A stretch of 64,000 bases of DNA from an uncultured Bacteriovoracaceae bacterium (GTDB lineage Bacteria; Bdellovibrionota; UBA1018), in NCBI GenBank assembly GCA_964363305.1, contig CAYIHX010000016.1, positions 6,824 to 70,823 of the forward strand. Reading direction: 5' to 3'. The translations under genes and the position numbers were made by a program. How positions within the stretch are numbered: the first letter of the stretch is position 1; each line of letters opens with the position of its first letter. Shown in pieces: positions 27,472-36,576 of this stretch. The notes under the pieces were generated by a model, which did not search any database, was not told where the DNA came from, and worked only from the letters and a program-made list of their open reading frames with translations.

Positions 27472-28722
27472 ATGAATATCTTCAACATCATTGCAATCAT
27501 GCTGACGACGGTCGCCTTCCTCGCATTCATCAATGCCCGATTCATTCGACTGCCCACCGAGGTCGGGCTCATGGGAATTTCGCTGCTCGTATCACTGGGA
27601 GTCGTGCAACTCAGCTCGCGCGGCGTGAATGTCGAGCCCTATGTGCGCGGCATTCTGAGCCAGATCGACTTCAGCGAAACGCTCATGAACGGGCTGCTCA
27701 GCTTCCTCCTTTTTGCCGGCGCCGTGCAGTTTCGCCTTCGGGATCTCGCGCAGGAAAAGTATGTCATCGCGCTCCTCGCGACGGTCGGCGTCGCCTTCGC
27801 GACCTTTTTGACCGGAGGTGGTCTCTACTTCGCTCTTCACTCCTTCGGCATCACCATCTCCTTTCTCGGATGCTTGATTTTCGGAGCATTGATTTCGCCC
27901 ACGGACCCCGTCTCCCTTCTGGCGGTTCTCAAAAATTTCAAGGCGCCCAAGAGCCTGGAGATGAAAATTTCGGGTGAGGCGCTTTTCAACGACGGCGTCG
28001 CCGTAGTGCTGTTTTTCGTGCTCGTCAGCGTCGCCTCCGGCAAAGTGGGTCAGATCGATGCGGACTCCGTCGCCATGCTCCTGCTGCGCCAACTCGTGGG
28101 TGGCGGGCTCTTCGGACTGGTGCTCGGCTGGATGGCCGCCCGAATGCTGCGCCAGATCGACGACTTCCCCGTAGAGGTTCTCATCACGCTCGCCACCGCC
28201 TGCGGTGGCTACGCGCTGGCTCACCCACTCAACGTCTCGGGTCCGGTCGCAGTCGTGACAGCCGCCTTGGTCATCGGCAACGAGAACCGCAAAGCCTCGC
28301 CGTCCAAAACCGCGAAGCACCAGCTCGAATCTTTTTGGGAGCTAATCAACGAGCTTCTCAACGCCGTACTCTTCGTCTGGATCGGCCTCGCGGTTTTGGC
28401 ATTTTCCTTTACTCGGGTAGAGCTGACCGCGGGTCTCATCGCCATTCCCGTGGTTCTGCTAGCGCGCTTTCTGTCGATCTGGCTTGCGGTTTTCATCTTT
28501 GGGTTTCGCGCGGATTTTCGCCCAAGCGCCTACTTTCTGATGACCTGGGGCGGAATCCGCGGCGGCGTCTCGATCGCGCTGGCTCTGGCGCTCGCCTCGA
28601 ATTCGGAGCAAGACCTGCTCCTCTCCATCACCTACGTCGTCGTCGTGTTCTCAATCCTCGTCCAGGGACTCAGCGTCGGCCGCTTTGTGAAGTGGTTCGG
28701 TTCGCCGGGGCGAAGCTCATAA
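27472..28722 (+). CDS. CPA1-family Na+(K+)/H+ antiporter (NhaP-type)
   Basis: About 12 TMs with conserved FNDGVAVVLF and SPTDPV motifs of the Na+/H+ exchanger family. Confidence 0.8.
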   Translation: MNIFNIIAIMLTTVAFLAFINARFIRLPTEVGLMGISLLVSLGVVQLSSRGVNVEPYVRGILSQIDFSETLMNGLLSFLLFAGAVQFRLRDLAQEKYVIALLATVGVAFATFLTGGGLYFALHSFGITISFLGCLIFGALISPTDPVSLLAVLKNFKAPKSLEMKISGEALFNDGVAVVLFFVLVSVASGKVGQIDADSVAMLLLRQLVGGGLFGLVLGWMAARMLRQIDDFPVEVLITLATACGGYALAHPLNVSGPVAVVTAALVIGNENRKASPSKTAKHQLESFWELINELLNAVLFVWIGLAVLAFSFTRVELTAGLIAIPVVLLARFLSIWLAVFIFGFRADFRPSAYFLMTWGGIRGGVSIALALALASNSEQDLLLSITYVVVVFSILVQGLSVGRFVKWFGSPGRSS

Positions 28723-28806
28723 ACTCCACGCTTTTTGACTCCAAGCTGACTCTTTATAACCATGGCTATTTTAGTATTTTTTATGCCATAATAGCTATGG
28801 TTATAT

Positions 28807-30009
28807 ATGCCACATCTCAGACTCCGCCATGGGCTCGTCCCTCTGCTGCATCGCTTGAAGTTCTCCCCCGTGGTCAGCATCCAAGGCTTGCGCCTTTGTG
28901 GCAAAAGCACGCTTGCCCGAGAGCTCTTACCGCAGGCTCTCAGGAACGCTGGGCGTTCCTGTCGTTTTGAAACCCTCGATTCAGCCAGAACCAAGGACTT
29001 TGCGCAGAAAAATCCCGAAGCCTTTCTCACGGAGCACGAGAACGCCCATCCTCTCATCATAGATGAGGCCCAAAAGGCCCCGGATCTTTTCGATGAAATC
29101 AAACGCTCAGTCGATGAGGATCGACGCCCAGGCCGCTTTGTCTTGCTCGGATCAACGGAATTCTCGACTGAGTTCCGGGTCCGAGAGTCACTGACGGGTC
29201 GGCTTTCCAAAATACGGATCTACCCCATGAATTTAGCTGAAACACTCGAGCTCCCCTGTCGGGCCGCCACCGGATTCCACACCAACAAAACTAAGCCTCG
29301 CTGCACGCGCAAAGATTTGCTGCGCTATATTGGCAGGGGCGGCATGCCCTCGCTATTTCATGTCAGACACGAAGCAGAGCGAGCCCGCCTCTTTGAAGAC
29401 TGGATTCAACTCACCTGCGAACGCGACGTATTGCAGGCAAAAAAAGGAAAAATAGACACTGATCTCTGCCGTCGCCTACTCGAGCTCAGTGCAACCCTTG
29501 AGGAGCCGAACGCCGCTGCCATGGCCGCCCGAGTGCGCGCTGGCGGCAAGAAGATTGCCACGCACCTTAATATACTAACTCAGATTTTCGCCCTTGTGGA
29601 ACTCAAGCCTCATCCTCTCGGTAGTGGTAAACCCCTTTACTTCCCTGCTGATTGCGGAATTGCGGGAGTACTCGGTGCCGACTTCAAACGGCGGCTTCAA
29701 ACTTGGTTTTACATCGAGGCATTTTCTCAGCACTCCTATGCCGACCTGCCCTCGCCGCCCCGCTTCAGCTATCTACGGAGCAAAACAGGCAACCGACTGG
29801 ATCTTATTCTAGAAGACGCACGAACCATCACGGCAATCAAACTCATGGATGAAGAGCGCTTCGATCGCCGGGAAATCGCGCTGCTTTCGAGCTTTTCAAA
29901 AAAAATAGCCGCCTCCGGCAAGCAAGTATCCCTCTTTGCTTACGGAGCGATCGACGCCCCCTTCAAGGACGGGCGCATCGCCATCCGTCCCTGGGAATCC
30001 GTAGTCTAA
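28807..30009 (+). CDS. AAA-family ATPase (AAA_14 / DUF4143 type)
   Basis: Walker A LRLCGKSTLAREL and Walker B LIIDEAQKAPDLF. The C-terminal region typically follows in DUF4143 proteins. Lower local GC. Confidence 0.7.
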   Translation: MPHLRLRHGLVPLLHRLKFSPVVSIQGLRLCGKSTLARELLPQALRNAGRSCRFETLDSARTKDFAQKNPEAFLTEHENAHPLIIDEAQKAPDLFDEIKRSVDEDRRPGRFVLLGSTEFSTEFRVRESLTGRLSKIRIYPMNLAETLELPCRAATGFHTNKTKPRCTRKDLLRYIGRGGMPSLFHVRHEAERARLFEDWIQLTCERDVLQAKKGKIDTDLCRRLLELSATLEEPNAAAMAARVRAGGKKIATHLNILTQIFALVELKPHPLGSGKPLYFPADCGIAGVLGADFKRRLQTWFYIEAFSQHSYADLPSPPRFSYLRSKTGNRLDLILEDARTITAIKLMDEERFDRREIALLSSFSKKIAASGKQVSLFAYGAIDAPFKDGRIAIRPWESVV

Positions 30010-30042
30010 GTCTGCCTACCCGAAAAGGATGCCAAACCCGAC

Positions 30043-30486
30043 TTGAAAAATATGACATATTGCGTTAATTGGACTCATATGAAACTTCCTCTGTTTTTGT
30101 TGCCATTCATGCTGCTCTCTTCGTCCTCGAGCTACGCGGGGTATCTCTGCACTGCCTTTTGCGTCGTTGCGAACGGTGAGTCTCCTGCAATGCCCGGCGC
30201 TTCAAGCTACACACCCATGACCGGAGCTGGCGGCGACAGAACGGAGATCCTCAGGGGTCTCCAGGAGCGCTGCCTCCGCACGTCAAGTTCACGAGGTCGC
30301 ATATTATCGACCCTATATATTCAATATTCGAACGGTCACCACTTCATGCGGACAAGATCTGCAATGAAACGTCGGAGTACTGAAACCATCTCTCAAACTC
30401 ATCCCTGCAAATCCGTGGCTAAGGCGCCACTCGCCTCACGCAAAACTGCTTGCCGATATCCGAGGGCGGCAAACGACCCGGCTTGA
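30043..30486 (+). CDS. Hypothetical secreted protein (uncertain gene; start may be MKLPLF at 30079)
   Basis: Signal-peptide-like MKLPLFLLPFMLLSSSSSYAG. The rest is Arg/Ser-rich and overlaps the convergent DUF192 gene. Confidence 0.25.
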   Translation: MKNMTYCVNWTHMKLPLFLLPFMLLSSSSSYAGYLCTAFCVVANGESPAMPGASSYTPMTGAGGDRTEILRGLQERCLRTSSSRGRILSTLYIQYSNGHHFMRTRSAMKRRSTETISQTHPCKSVAKAPLASRKTACRYPRAANDPA

Positions 30487-30913
30487 GTTCGAGCACTGCA
30501 TCGACCTCAGGCCAAGCGCGGTAAATTTTTGTAGGGTGCTCTGGATTTTTCTCCACGGGCATTTCTTGGATTTGTAGAACCTTTCCCTCAGGAACCACAT
30601 GCACCAGCTGAAGGGGAATCAGCGTTTTCTTCATCCAAATCTCCCCGATGCGTTTTGGTTGGAAAATGAAAATCATCCCCGCATTTTTCTTCAAAGGCAG
30701 GGGGCGGTTTGAAAGTCCCTTGCGTTGAAAAGGTTCGGTCTTGGCAACTTCGAGCTGAATCAGCCCGGCCTCACCCGATTTTTCGCAAGACTCAGAGACG
30801 ACTGCCTCGATCTTCTCGCCATCCTTGATCTCGGCGTAGTGCACCTTCATGAACTCGGGCCACGGAAAAAATGCCACTGCCAACAGCGGAATCGAAGTCG
30901 ACCATTTCTTCAC
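30419..30913 (-). CDS. DUF192-family protein (COG1430)
   Basis: Signal peptide plus GMIFIFQPKRIGEIWMKKTLIPLQLVHV, typical of DUF192. Confidence 0.55.
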   Translation of the reverse strand: MKKWSTSIPLLAVAFFPWPEFMKVHYAEIKDGEKIEAVVSESCEKSGEAGLIQLEVAKTEPFQRKGLSNRPLPLKKNAGMIFIFQPKRIGEIWMKKTLIPLQLVHVVPEGKVLQIQEMPVEKNPEHPTKIYRAWPEVDAVLELKPGRLPPSDIGKQFCVRRVAP

Positions 30914-31914
30914 TTGCGGGCTCCTTTGCTTTTGGATGCCTTCAGCTCAGAGACCAAAAAACTCAAAAGCTCCTTTGCTGCCGGCGTATGCGTCCGCTCC
31001 TTCAGATGGGCGACGCTGATTTCATTCTTCAAAGGCTTGCCGCTCCCCCGGAAAATATGAATCAAGTGACCATCCTGGATCAATTTCGACACCAAATAGT
31101 CTGGGAGAATCCCGGCGCTGGCCTTGAGTTGAACCAAACGGGCAATCGCCTGAACATCCATCACCGTGGTCATCGTGTTGATCTCGATCTGGCGGGTTCC
31201 CAGATGATGAGCGAACCACATCCGGAGAACCGGCGCCCCCTTCTGATACTCGGCGTAGTCGAGCTTCTCAAAGAAGCGTTTGGGATCCTTGCTCGGCTCT
31301 CCACCCTTCTTCTTCAGCAGCTCTGGATGGATGCACAGATCGAGAACCTCGTCATAGACAGGCTCGGTGGTAATTCGCCGATCCATCGCAAAACTATCGA
31401 CAAAAGCGAAATCTGCCTCTCCGCGGATCAACAGATCATTCATTTCAGACGCGAAACCCAGCCTGAGTTCATAACGAACCAAGGGGTGCCTCTCCGCGAA
31501 ACGCGCTAGCAATGGAAGAATCAGATTGTTGCCAAACTCAATCGGCATCCCCAGCATGACGGTTCCTGAAAGCTCAGTCTCCTTGCCCGAGATCGCCACC
31601 AAGGCGTGCTCGATTTCATTGAAGCTGTTGGCGCACTTCTGAAATAGGGTGGCGGCGGCGGCCGTCGGAACCAGCCGCTGCTTGATCCGATCAAAGAGGC
31701 GTACCTCGAGGGCGTCTTCCAGCGCCTTCATGTGCTGACTCACGCCGGATTGCGTGAGGTGCAGCTCTTCGGCCGCGAGAGTCATGCTCTTCGCCCGATA
31801 CACGACTTCGAAGATACGGAGATGGTTGAGGTTGATCTTATTGAGAAACAAAGAGGCTCCCGTCAATAAAGTTACCCCTTTCGAGTTCCAATAAAAAGAG
31901 CCAAAGGTGGCCAC
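30910..31914 (-). CDS. LysR-family transcriptional regulator. The true start is probably downstream of the ORF-track ATG, at a non-ATG codon.
   Basis: wHTH NLNHLRIFEVVYRAKSMTLAAEELHLTQSGVSQHMKALE, then a LysR substrate-binding domain. Confidence 0.8.
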   Translation of the reverse strand: MATFGSFYWNSKGVTLLTGASLFLNKINLNHLRIFEVVYRAKSMTLAAEELHLTQSGVSQHMKALEDALEVRLFDRIKQRLVPTAAAATLFQKCANSFNEIEHALVAISGKETELSGTVMLGMPIEFGNNLILPLLARFAERHPLVRYELRLGFASEMNDLLIRGEADFAFVDSFAMDRRITTEPVYDEVLDLCIHPELLKKKGGEPSKDPKRFFEKLDYAEYQKGAPVLRMWFAHHLGTRQIEINTMTTVMDVQAIARLVQLKASAGILPDYLVSKLIQDGHLIHIFRGSGKPLKNEISVAHLKERTHTPAAKELLSFLVSELKASKSKGARK

Positions 31915-32004
31915 CTTGTTCCTGCTTCGTCAAAATAGCATCACATATAAAATTATACATTGATCGATCTAGAAATTACTTCCGGTGACCGATTCATCTA
32001 CACT

Positions 32005-32124
32005 ATGAAAAATAAAAAATGGCTCATTTTGGCGGCAATTCTTACTCTCTCCTTCGCATCAGCCGCCGGCCTTCAAGCCTGCGGAAGCAGCACCAACACT
32101 ACCTTCTATGGCGCCGGCAGCTGA
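32005..32124 (+). CDS. Small (39 aa) putative lipoprotein, not in the ORF track (below its size cutoff)
   Basis: MKNKKWLILAAILTLSFASAAGLQACGSSTNTTFYGAGS: a signal peptide plus a lipobox-like LQAC. Lies ~60 nt upstream of the next secreted-protein gene. Confidence 0.3.
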   Translation: MKNKKWLILAAILTLSFASAAGLQACGSSTNTTFYGAGS

Positions 32125-32187
32125 GCTTTGAACGCGATCAAATCTTAAGAAATCTAACGCCCATAAACTCTAACAAGGACCGCATCC

Positions 32188-32847
32188 ATGTTTAAAAAAC
32201 TCATCCCCTCTCTTGCAATACTCGCCCTCTCCTCCACTTCGTGGGCCGTCACCGACCCTTCGGTCGCCACCCTCAAAATTTACGGTGTGGCGCTCTCCGC
32301 AAATGCCGACTGCTCCGAGGCCACTGTCGTGGGCTATAGCGAAGCAGGCGTAGACTACGATTTCAAAACCAACCCCTCGATCTTCACGGGCACCGTCACT
32401 CCGGGCACCTACCAGTGCATGATCTTGTACATGAACTCGGTGATCAACTTCAAGCCCTTGGCGAACGACGGCGCAAACTGCGTAGCCGGTACCTCATACC
32501 ACATCAACGTTTGCAACTCGGGCAATAGTTGTACGTATACGACCGCCTCGCCGAACGCGAGCAACGTTCTCGTTTATGACTCAGCCTTGACCACGGCAAC
32601 AACGGCTTCAACCGCCACCACAGGGGAAAAAGTGCTTCTGTTCTTGAGCACCGCTTCGACGGGCACAGGCAACCTAGCCTTCACGAAGCCCGCGACTGGT
32701 TCACCGGCTAACGGCATCACGCTCAACGGCGCCTTCACAGTGGTCGCGGGCGGTAGCAGCGGAACATTCGTGGTGAACTTCGACGGCAAAGTCCTTGACG
32801 AGGGATCGGCCTGTGGCCTCAATCCCCCCGTTTTCAGCTTTCGCTAA
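32188..32847 (+). CDS. Secreted cysteine-containing hypothetical protein (Thr/Ala/Ser-rich)
   Basis: Signal peptide MFKKLIPSLAILALSSTSWA and paired cysteines. Followed by a clear terminator. Confidence 0.5.
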   Translation: MFKKLIPSLAILALSSTSWAVTDPSVATLKIYGVALSANADCSEATVVGYSEAGVDYDFKTNPSIFTGTVTPGTYQCMILYMNSVINFKPLANDGANCVAGTSYHINVCNSGNSCTYTTASPNASNVLVYDSALTTATTASTATTGEKVLLFLSTASTGTGNLAFTKPATGSPANGITLNGAFTVVAGGSSGTFVVNFDGKVLDEGSACGLNPPVFSFR

Positions 32848-32853
32848 ACGAGT

Positions 32854-32885
32854 GGGGCCGGGCAAAACCCAGCCCCCATTTTTCT
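32854..32885 (+). terminator. Rho-independent terminator
   Basis: GGGGCCGGG-caaaa-CCCAGCCCC stem-loop followed by cATTTTTCT. Confidence 0.55.
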
Positions 32886-33297
32886 ATCCCCACTAGTTAG
32901 AACCTTGAGTCAGGCGCGGATCCCGCCACTGCGCCGAATTTTCAAGAGGTTAACCGCCCTACTCCGCCTGAGACACGCGCCCCCCATGTTCCATTTGGAT
33001 GGCCCGATACGTCAGAGGTGAAGCGGTCCTTTTTCAAAACATGCGTCCGATTTTTGACAACTCGCCCGGGGACGTCGCCCGCTCAACTGCGCGCGGCAGC
33101 GGCTGGCTCGATCCTGGCTGTGGCGCTCGTCGCGGCGGGATGCAGCGGCACCAACCTCAAAGGCGTGCTCAAGAAGCTGCTGTCAGGAACCTAAAGATCG
33201 CCGTTGCGAAGGTCGAATTTGATCGTGGATTCAATGTTACTGAAGGTATTCGAAAAGATAAACCATATCGGGGACCTGAATTCTCGATAGCCTTTTC

Positions 33298-33316
33298 ATG
33301 GTAACTAAGTTACCAT
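33298..33316. promoter_or_regulatory. Perfect 9-1-9 palindrome ATGGTAACT-A-AGTTACCAT abutting the start codon of the toxin-like gene; candidate TA operator
   Basis: Exact inverted repeat seen in the sequence. Its position at the 5' end of a two-gene HTH-containing module fits autoregulatory operators. Confidence 0.4.
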
Positions 33317-33592
33317 ATGACCATGGAGCGTCCCGAAGAATGTCAGCATATTCTGGCTAGCATTATCGATGGGCGGTTCAGCCTACTCTCCCACGCTTCC
33401 CAGCGGAGCACGGAACGCGGGGTCTTTGTGGAGCAGATCATTCGGTGCGCGAAGACCTGCTTCCATTGGCGATGGCAGGAGAAGCAAGGGACCCACCTGT
33501 ACTTAGGCTTCTTCTCTCCGGACCGGCCAGGGGGCTTCACTGCGGTACTTTTCGACGAGGTTTGGTGGTCACAGTTTTCAAACGGAGGTTGA
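33317..33592 (+). CDS. DUF4258-like small protein (putative toxin of a type II TA pair)
   Basis: HASQRSTERGVFVEQIIRCAKTC... resembles the conserved H..R..ERGI core of DUF4258. 91 aa, 4 nt before the XRE gene. Confidence 0.4.
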   Translation: MTMERPEECQHILASIIDGRFSLLSHASQRSTERGVFVEQIIRCAKTCFHWRWQEKQGTHLYLGFFSPDRPGGFTAVLFDEVWWSQFSNGG

Positions 33593-33596
33593 CTCA

Positions 33597-34058
33597 ATGG
33601 GAAAAGAAGCTGGCGAAGTCCGTAAAACGTTAAGGGGTGTCGGGAACCTGAAGTATGTTGAGGTTCAGAACGTCCCCATTAAGGTCTATCCGGGGTTGGG
33701 TGACTCCGTGGATGCCCAGGTTCTCGCGGATATCGAGAAGCAGGTGGCCCGCGAGATCATCACCCGCCGTATCCATGTCCGCGGGCTAGAGGTCGAATTT
33801 TTTCGAAGTCTTCTGGGCCTGTCTCAGCGGGAGTTTGCCCAGAAACTGGGCTTGAGCCACGTATCAGTACTGAAGTGGGAAAAGGCGCATGCGAAGCCGC
33901 TGGAATTGGTGAACGAGGTGGCTCTCAAAGCCTTGATGGCAGGTTTGCTGAAAATGCGCCTTCCAGCGTCGGTGGAAAGCCTGAGTGGAGAGGTCTCTGT
34001 GCCAAGAAAATTGGTCCTGAACTACTCCAGCCTGTTTCCGCAGCGCAGACGGGCGTAG
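33597..34058 (+). CDS. XRE-family helix-turn-helix protein (putative antitoxin/regulator)
   Basis: LGLSQREFAQKLGLSHVSVLKWEKA fits the HTH_3 (XRE) motif. Confidence 0.55.
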   Translation: MGKEAGEVRKTLRGVGNLKYVEVQNVPIKVYPGLGDSVDAQVLADIEKQVAREIITRRIHVRGLEVEFFRSLLGLSQREFAQKLGLSHVSVLKWEKAHAKPLELVNEVALKALMAGLLKMRLPASVESLSGEVSVPRKLVLNYSSLFPQRRRA

Positions 34059-34349
34059 TTGGCTTGAAATTCTCCGACGGATGGCTCCTCTTCATCTCAC
34101 TGAATCCTAAACCCACACCCTCGGACATGGCCCAGCCGAGCGGTCGCAACGATTATCCGATCAGCGGGATCGCCATGCATCTCTCCCGGCAAGCGCGAAC
34201 TTTCGACCGCAATCTCAGGAAACTTGGGAAGAAGCTATCGCGGAGTACAAGAGCATTCGCAAAGGCCTAACAAAGGGAGTGAAGCGAGATCTCGAATTGA
34301 TGAATCGTTTTCTTGAACACCTCAGTGACTATAAAAAGTGTGGAAATCA

Positions 34350-34958
34350 ATGAAATATCTCAGCCTACTAAGCCTGGGCATCGTCGTTTCCGCCTGCGCA
34401 GCCCCTTACAAGCATCCCTCACACCTGGAAAGGCTGCTCGAAAGGTACCCCTTTTCCATCATTGGAGATGATTACAGCCTGCTCACTGAAGACGACCTCG
34501 CTGCAAGCTCTTGTGTTGCTCGTGCCGAACCCTTCTCACTTCATGAACTGACAGCTCACCCCTATTGGCAGTGTTTTTCGCTCATGGGGTCCGCATTTGA
34601 ATGCGATGAGCGCGAGCCAAATGAGGACGGTCCAAGCGCGATATTAGCCATTGTTCTCAAAAAACATGGCGCCATTCATGAATACCTATCCCGCAGGGCC
34701 ATCCCGTTGGAAGACTGCAAAGCCTTCGCCGCGGAGTGGGTTCGCCTTACGGCACAGCAAAGCCACGTGTGCGCTTCCGGTCAGTTCATCAATCCGAGGG
34801 ATGAGGCGCTCGACAAGAAAGACCGCGCATGGATCTTTGAGTCATACAAAACGGCGAAAGGCTGTGACTCTTACTTTGAAGGCGGATGTAGTTTAGACTA
34901 CAAAATCAAACAGGGTTGCAACCTCGCTGACATGACACAGGGCCAACGCGAGAAATAA
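34350..34958 (+). CDS. Hypothetical lipoprotein, cysteine-rich
   Basis: MKYLSLLSLGIVVSACA lipobox and 10+ Cys in the mature region. Lower-GC region. Confidence 0.5.
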   Translation: MKYLSLLSLGIVVSACAAPYKHPSHLERLLERYPFSIIGDDYSLLTEDDLAASSCVARAEPFSLHELTAHPYWQCFSLMGSAFECDEREPNEDGPSAILAIVLKKHGAIHEYLSRRAIPLEDCKAFAAEWVRLTAQQSHVCASGQFINPRDEALDKKDRAWIFESYKTAKGCDSYFEGGCSLDYKIKQGCNLADMTQGQREK

Positions 34959-35105
34959 TTGAGCGCGTGAGTCTTTTGAGGTGTCTAAGAGTTAGCCAGT
35001 TGAGCGGGTTCAATGCCGCTCTGACAAGGCGAACCCGTCTTAAATGTCTGAATCTACTCAATGAAAATTGGCCTACATTTTGCTCTGACTCCGCTTGAGG
35101 TTTTT

Positions 35106-36101
35106 ATGTCGAAACGTTTTGCGGTGCTAGGAATCCTTGGGAGCATTCTTTTTGCGGCAGGTAGTGCCGAACCCGCTCGAGCTGAATGCAATACCACTCA
35201 AAACGTGACGTACTTGGGAAGGATACAGAACGAAATCCTTGTTCGTAAAGCATTGCTCACCGAATTTGAATTCGAAAACTCCAACGGAGGAAGTAGCGGT
35301 CGAATACCGCTACAAGAAGAACGTTTACGGTTCGCAGCGGCAAACTTTTGGAGATCTCACTATTCTTATGGGAATGCCGGTCAACAAAGGCTGGATCCGA
35401 GGTTGACTGAACAAATGGTTAGCTACCCAGACGGCTACAGCGCTAGCCGGCGCCTAGTGAACTACGCCCCTTTGGCTCAAGAGCCTGCACTTCTCAACCA
35501 GTGCTCCGCTGACCTGGATGCATTAATACAAGAGCTGAATTCATTCGCGAGTATCCAGGACGGCTTGGCCCGGTCTCTAGCGTCAATCGAGTCAGATGTT
35601 GCCCGATGGCAAATAGCGATTCAGACCAACCGCAATGTGTCCGAGGCCTGCACGTGGCCTTGGACTGGTCTTTCGCAACTGAATGCAGTGATCCAATCGA
35701 CTCAAAACGCCTTAGATTCCCTCGCAGGATACCTAAACTATTTCCGGGAAAATTTTCCAACTTCCTCTTTGTCTGTGTTTGTTCCGGCTCAGGGGGGACA
35801 CCGCACTCTGATTCAATTTTCACGAGTCAGCACTAGGTTTAGTCCCGTCATCGAAGAAACAAAGAAAGCTATCGAACGCGCAATATACCATGGCTGTTTA
35901 CCGAGCATTCGAGATGCAGAAATCGAACCTGAAGTTCGTCGAGCCTTCAGGGATTTTGGGCAAACTGTGCTTAGGTCCTATGATCGTCGCACACAAAACG
36001 AAGCAGTTTCAGACCGCAAAGAAAGTGGCAAATCAGTTGAAAACAGCCCTACTTCAGAGACGGTCCCAGCAATCGACGCCATAGCTGCACCGGCTCTGTA
36101 A
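35106..36101 (+). CDS. Secreted hypothetical protein
   Basis: Signal peptide MSKRFAVLGILGSILFAAGSA, no recognisable domain, lower GC. Confidence 0.45.
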   Translation: MSKRFAVLGILGSILFAAGSAEPARAECNTTQNVTYLGRIQNEILVRKALLTEFEFENSNGGSSGRIPLQEERLRFAAANFWRSHYSYGNAGQQRLDPRLTEQMVSYPDGYSASRRLVNYAPLAQEPALLNQCSADLDALIQELNSFASIQDGLARSLASIESDVARWQIAIQTNRNVSEACTWPWTGLSQLNAVIQSTQNALDSLAGYLNYFRENFPTSSLSVFVPAQGGHRTLIQFSRVSTRFSPVIEETKKAIERAIYHGCLPSIRDAEIEPEVRRAFRDFGQTVLRSYDRRTQNEAVSDRKESGKSVENSPTSETVPAIDAIAAPAL

Positions 36102-36132
36102 TGGCGTTGTAGTGGCCGAGAGTAAATTCTCC

Positions 36133-36208
36133 GAGAACCCTCCGAAAAGAGGGTTCTCGCCCAGAATGCCTGCTTCACTTTGCACGGAACCCTACTTCTG
36201 GAGGGTTC
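36133..36208. repeat. Two stem-loops sharing the GAGGGTTCT arm: perfect 10-bp stem GAGAACCCTC-cgaaaa-GAGGGTTCTC (36133-36158) and 7-bp stem GAACCCT-acttctgg-AGGGTTC (36187-36208)
   Basis: Seen directly. Just downstream of the 35106..36101 gene. No poly-T tract, so not classical intrinsic terminators. Confidence 0.5.
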
Positions 36209-36527
36209 TGATACAAGAGATCCTAGATTGATGTGAACGGCATTGAACGCTGCGGAAGGAGCAATAAGGCGCGTCGGCCTGGAATGGGTGAGCGGCTCGC
36301 AATCCCCGTTCGGCGACGACTTCCGTGCCCCGCTCGGCGCCTTTTCAACCACCGGCTCCGCGAACGCGCTACATCCCCGCCGCGCTTCGCCGCTTGGTCT
36401 TTGTTCGCACGCGGGGGCTCGCACACGGCGGAAAACCTCGTCCTCACGTGTCGCGTCCCCAACGCCGCCGAGGGGCGCCGGGAGTTCGGTTGAGTGGCGC
36501 TTCCTTTCTATCTGCTTAATTTCAAAA

Positions 36528-36564
36528 GCGTATTTTTTACGCTAGACTTACGCATAACATACGC
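36528..36564. promoter_or_regulatory. Candidate LexA operator region: palindrome GCGTA-N5-TACGC (36528-36542) plus two further direct TACGC pentamers at 11-bp spacing (36549, 36560), ending 13 nt before the lexA start
   Basis: Seen directly. It sits where SOS boxes of autoregulated lexA genes normally lie, but the motif does not match a box I can name with certainty. Confidence 0.35.
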
Positions 36565-36576
36565 TATTCTCTATTT

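Noticed and set aside
27592-28320. 242-aa minus-strand ORF
   Set aside because: Antisense to the NhaP-type antiporter. Arg/Gly/Asp-rich shadow ORF.
36233-36545. Overlapping 60-100-aa ORFs in several frames within 36102-36576
   Set aside because: Mutually overlapping on both strands, Arg/Pro/Ala-rich, no start-context support. Typical of GC-rich non-coding DNA. The region is treated as intergenic, with a possible ncRNA.
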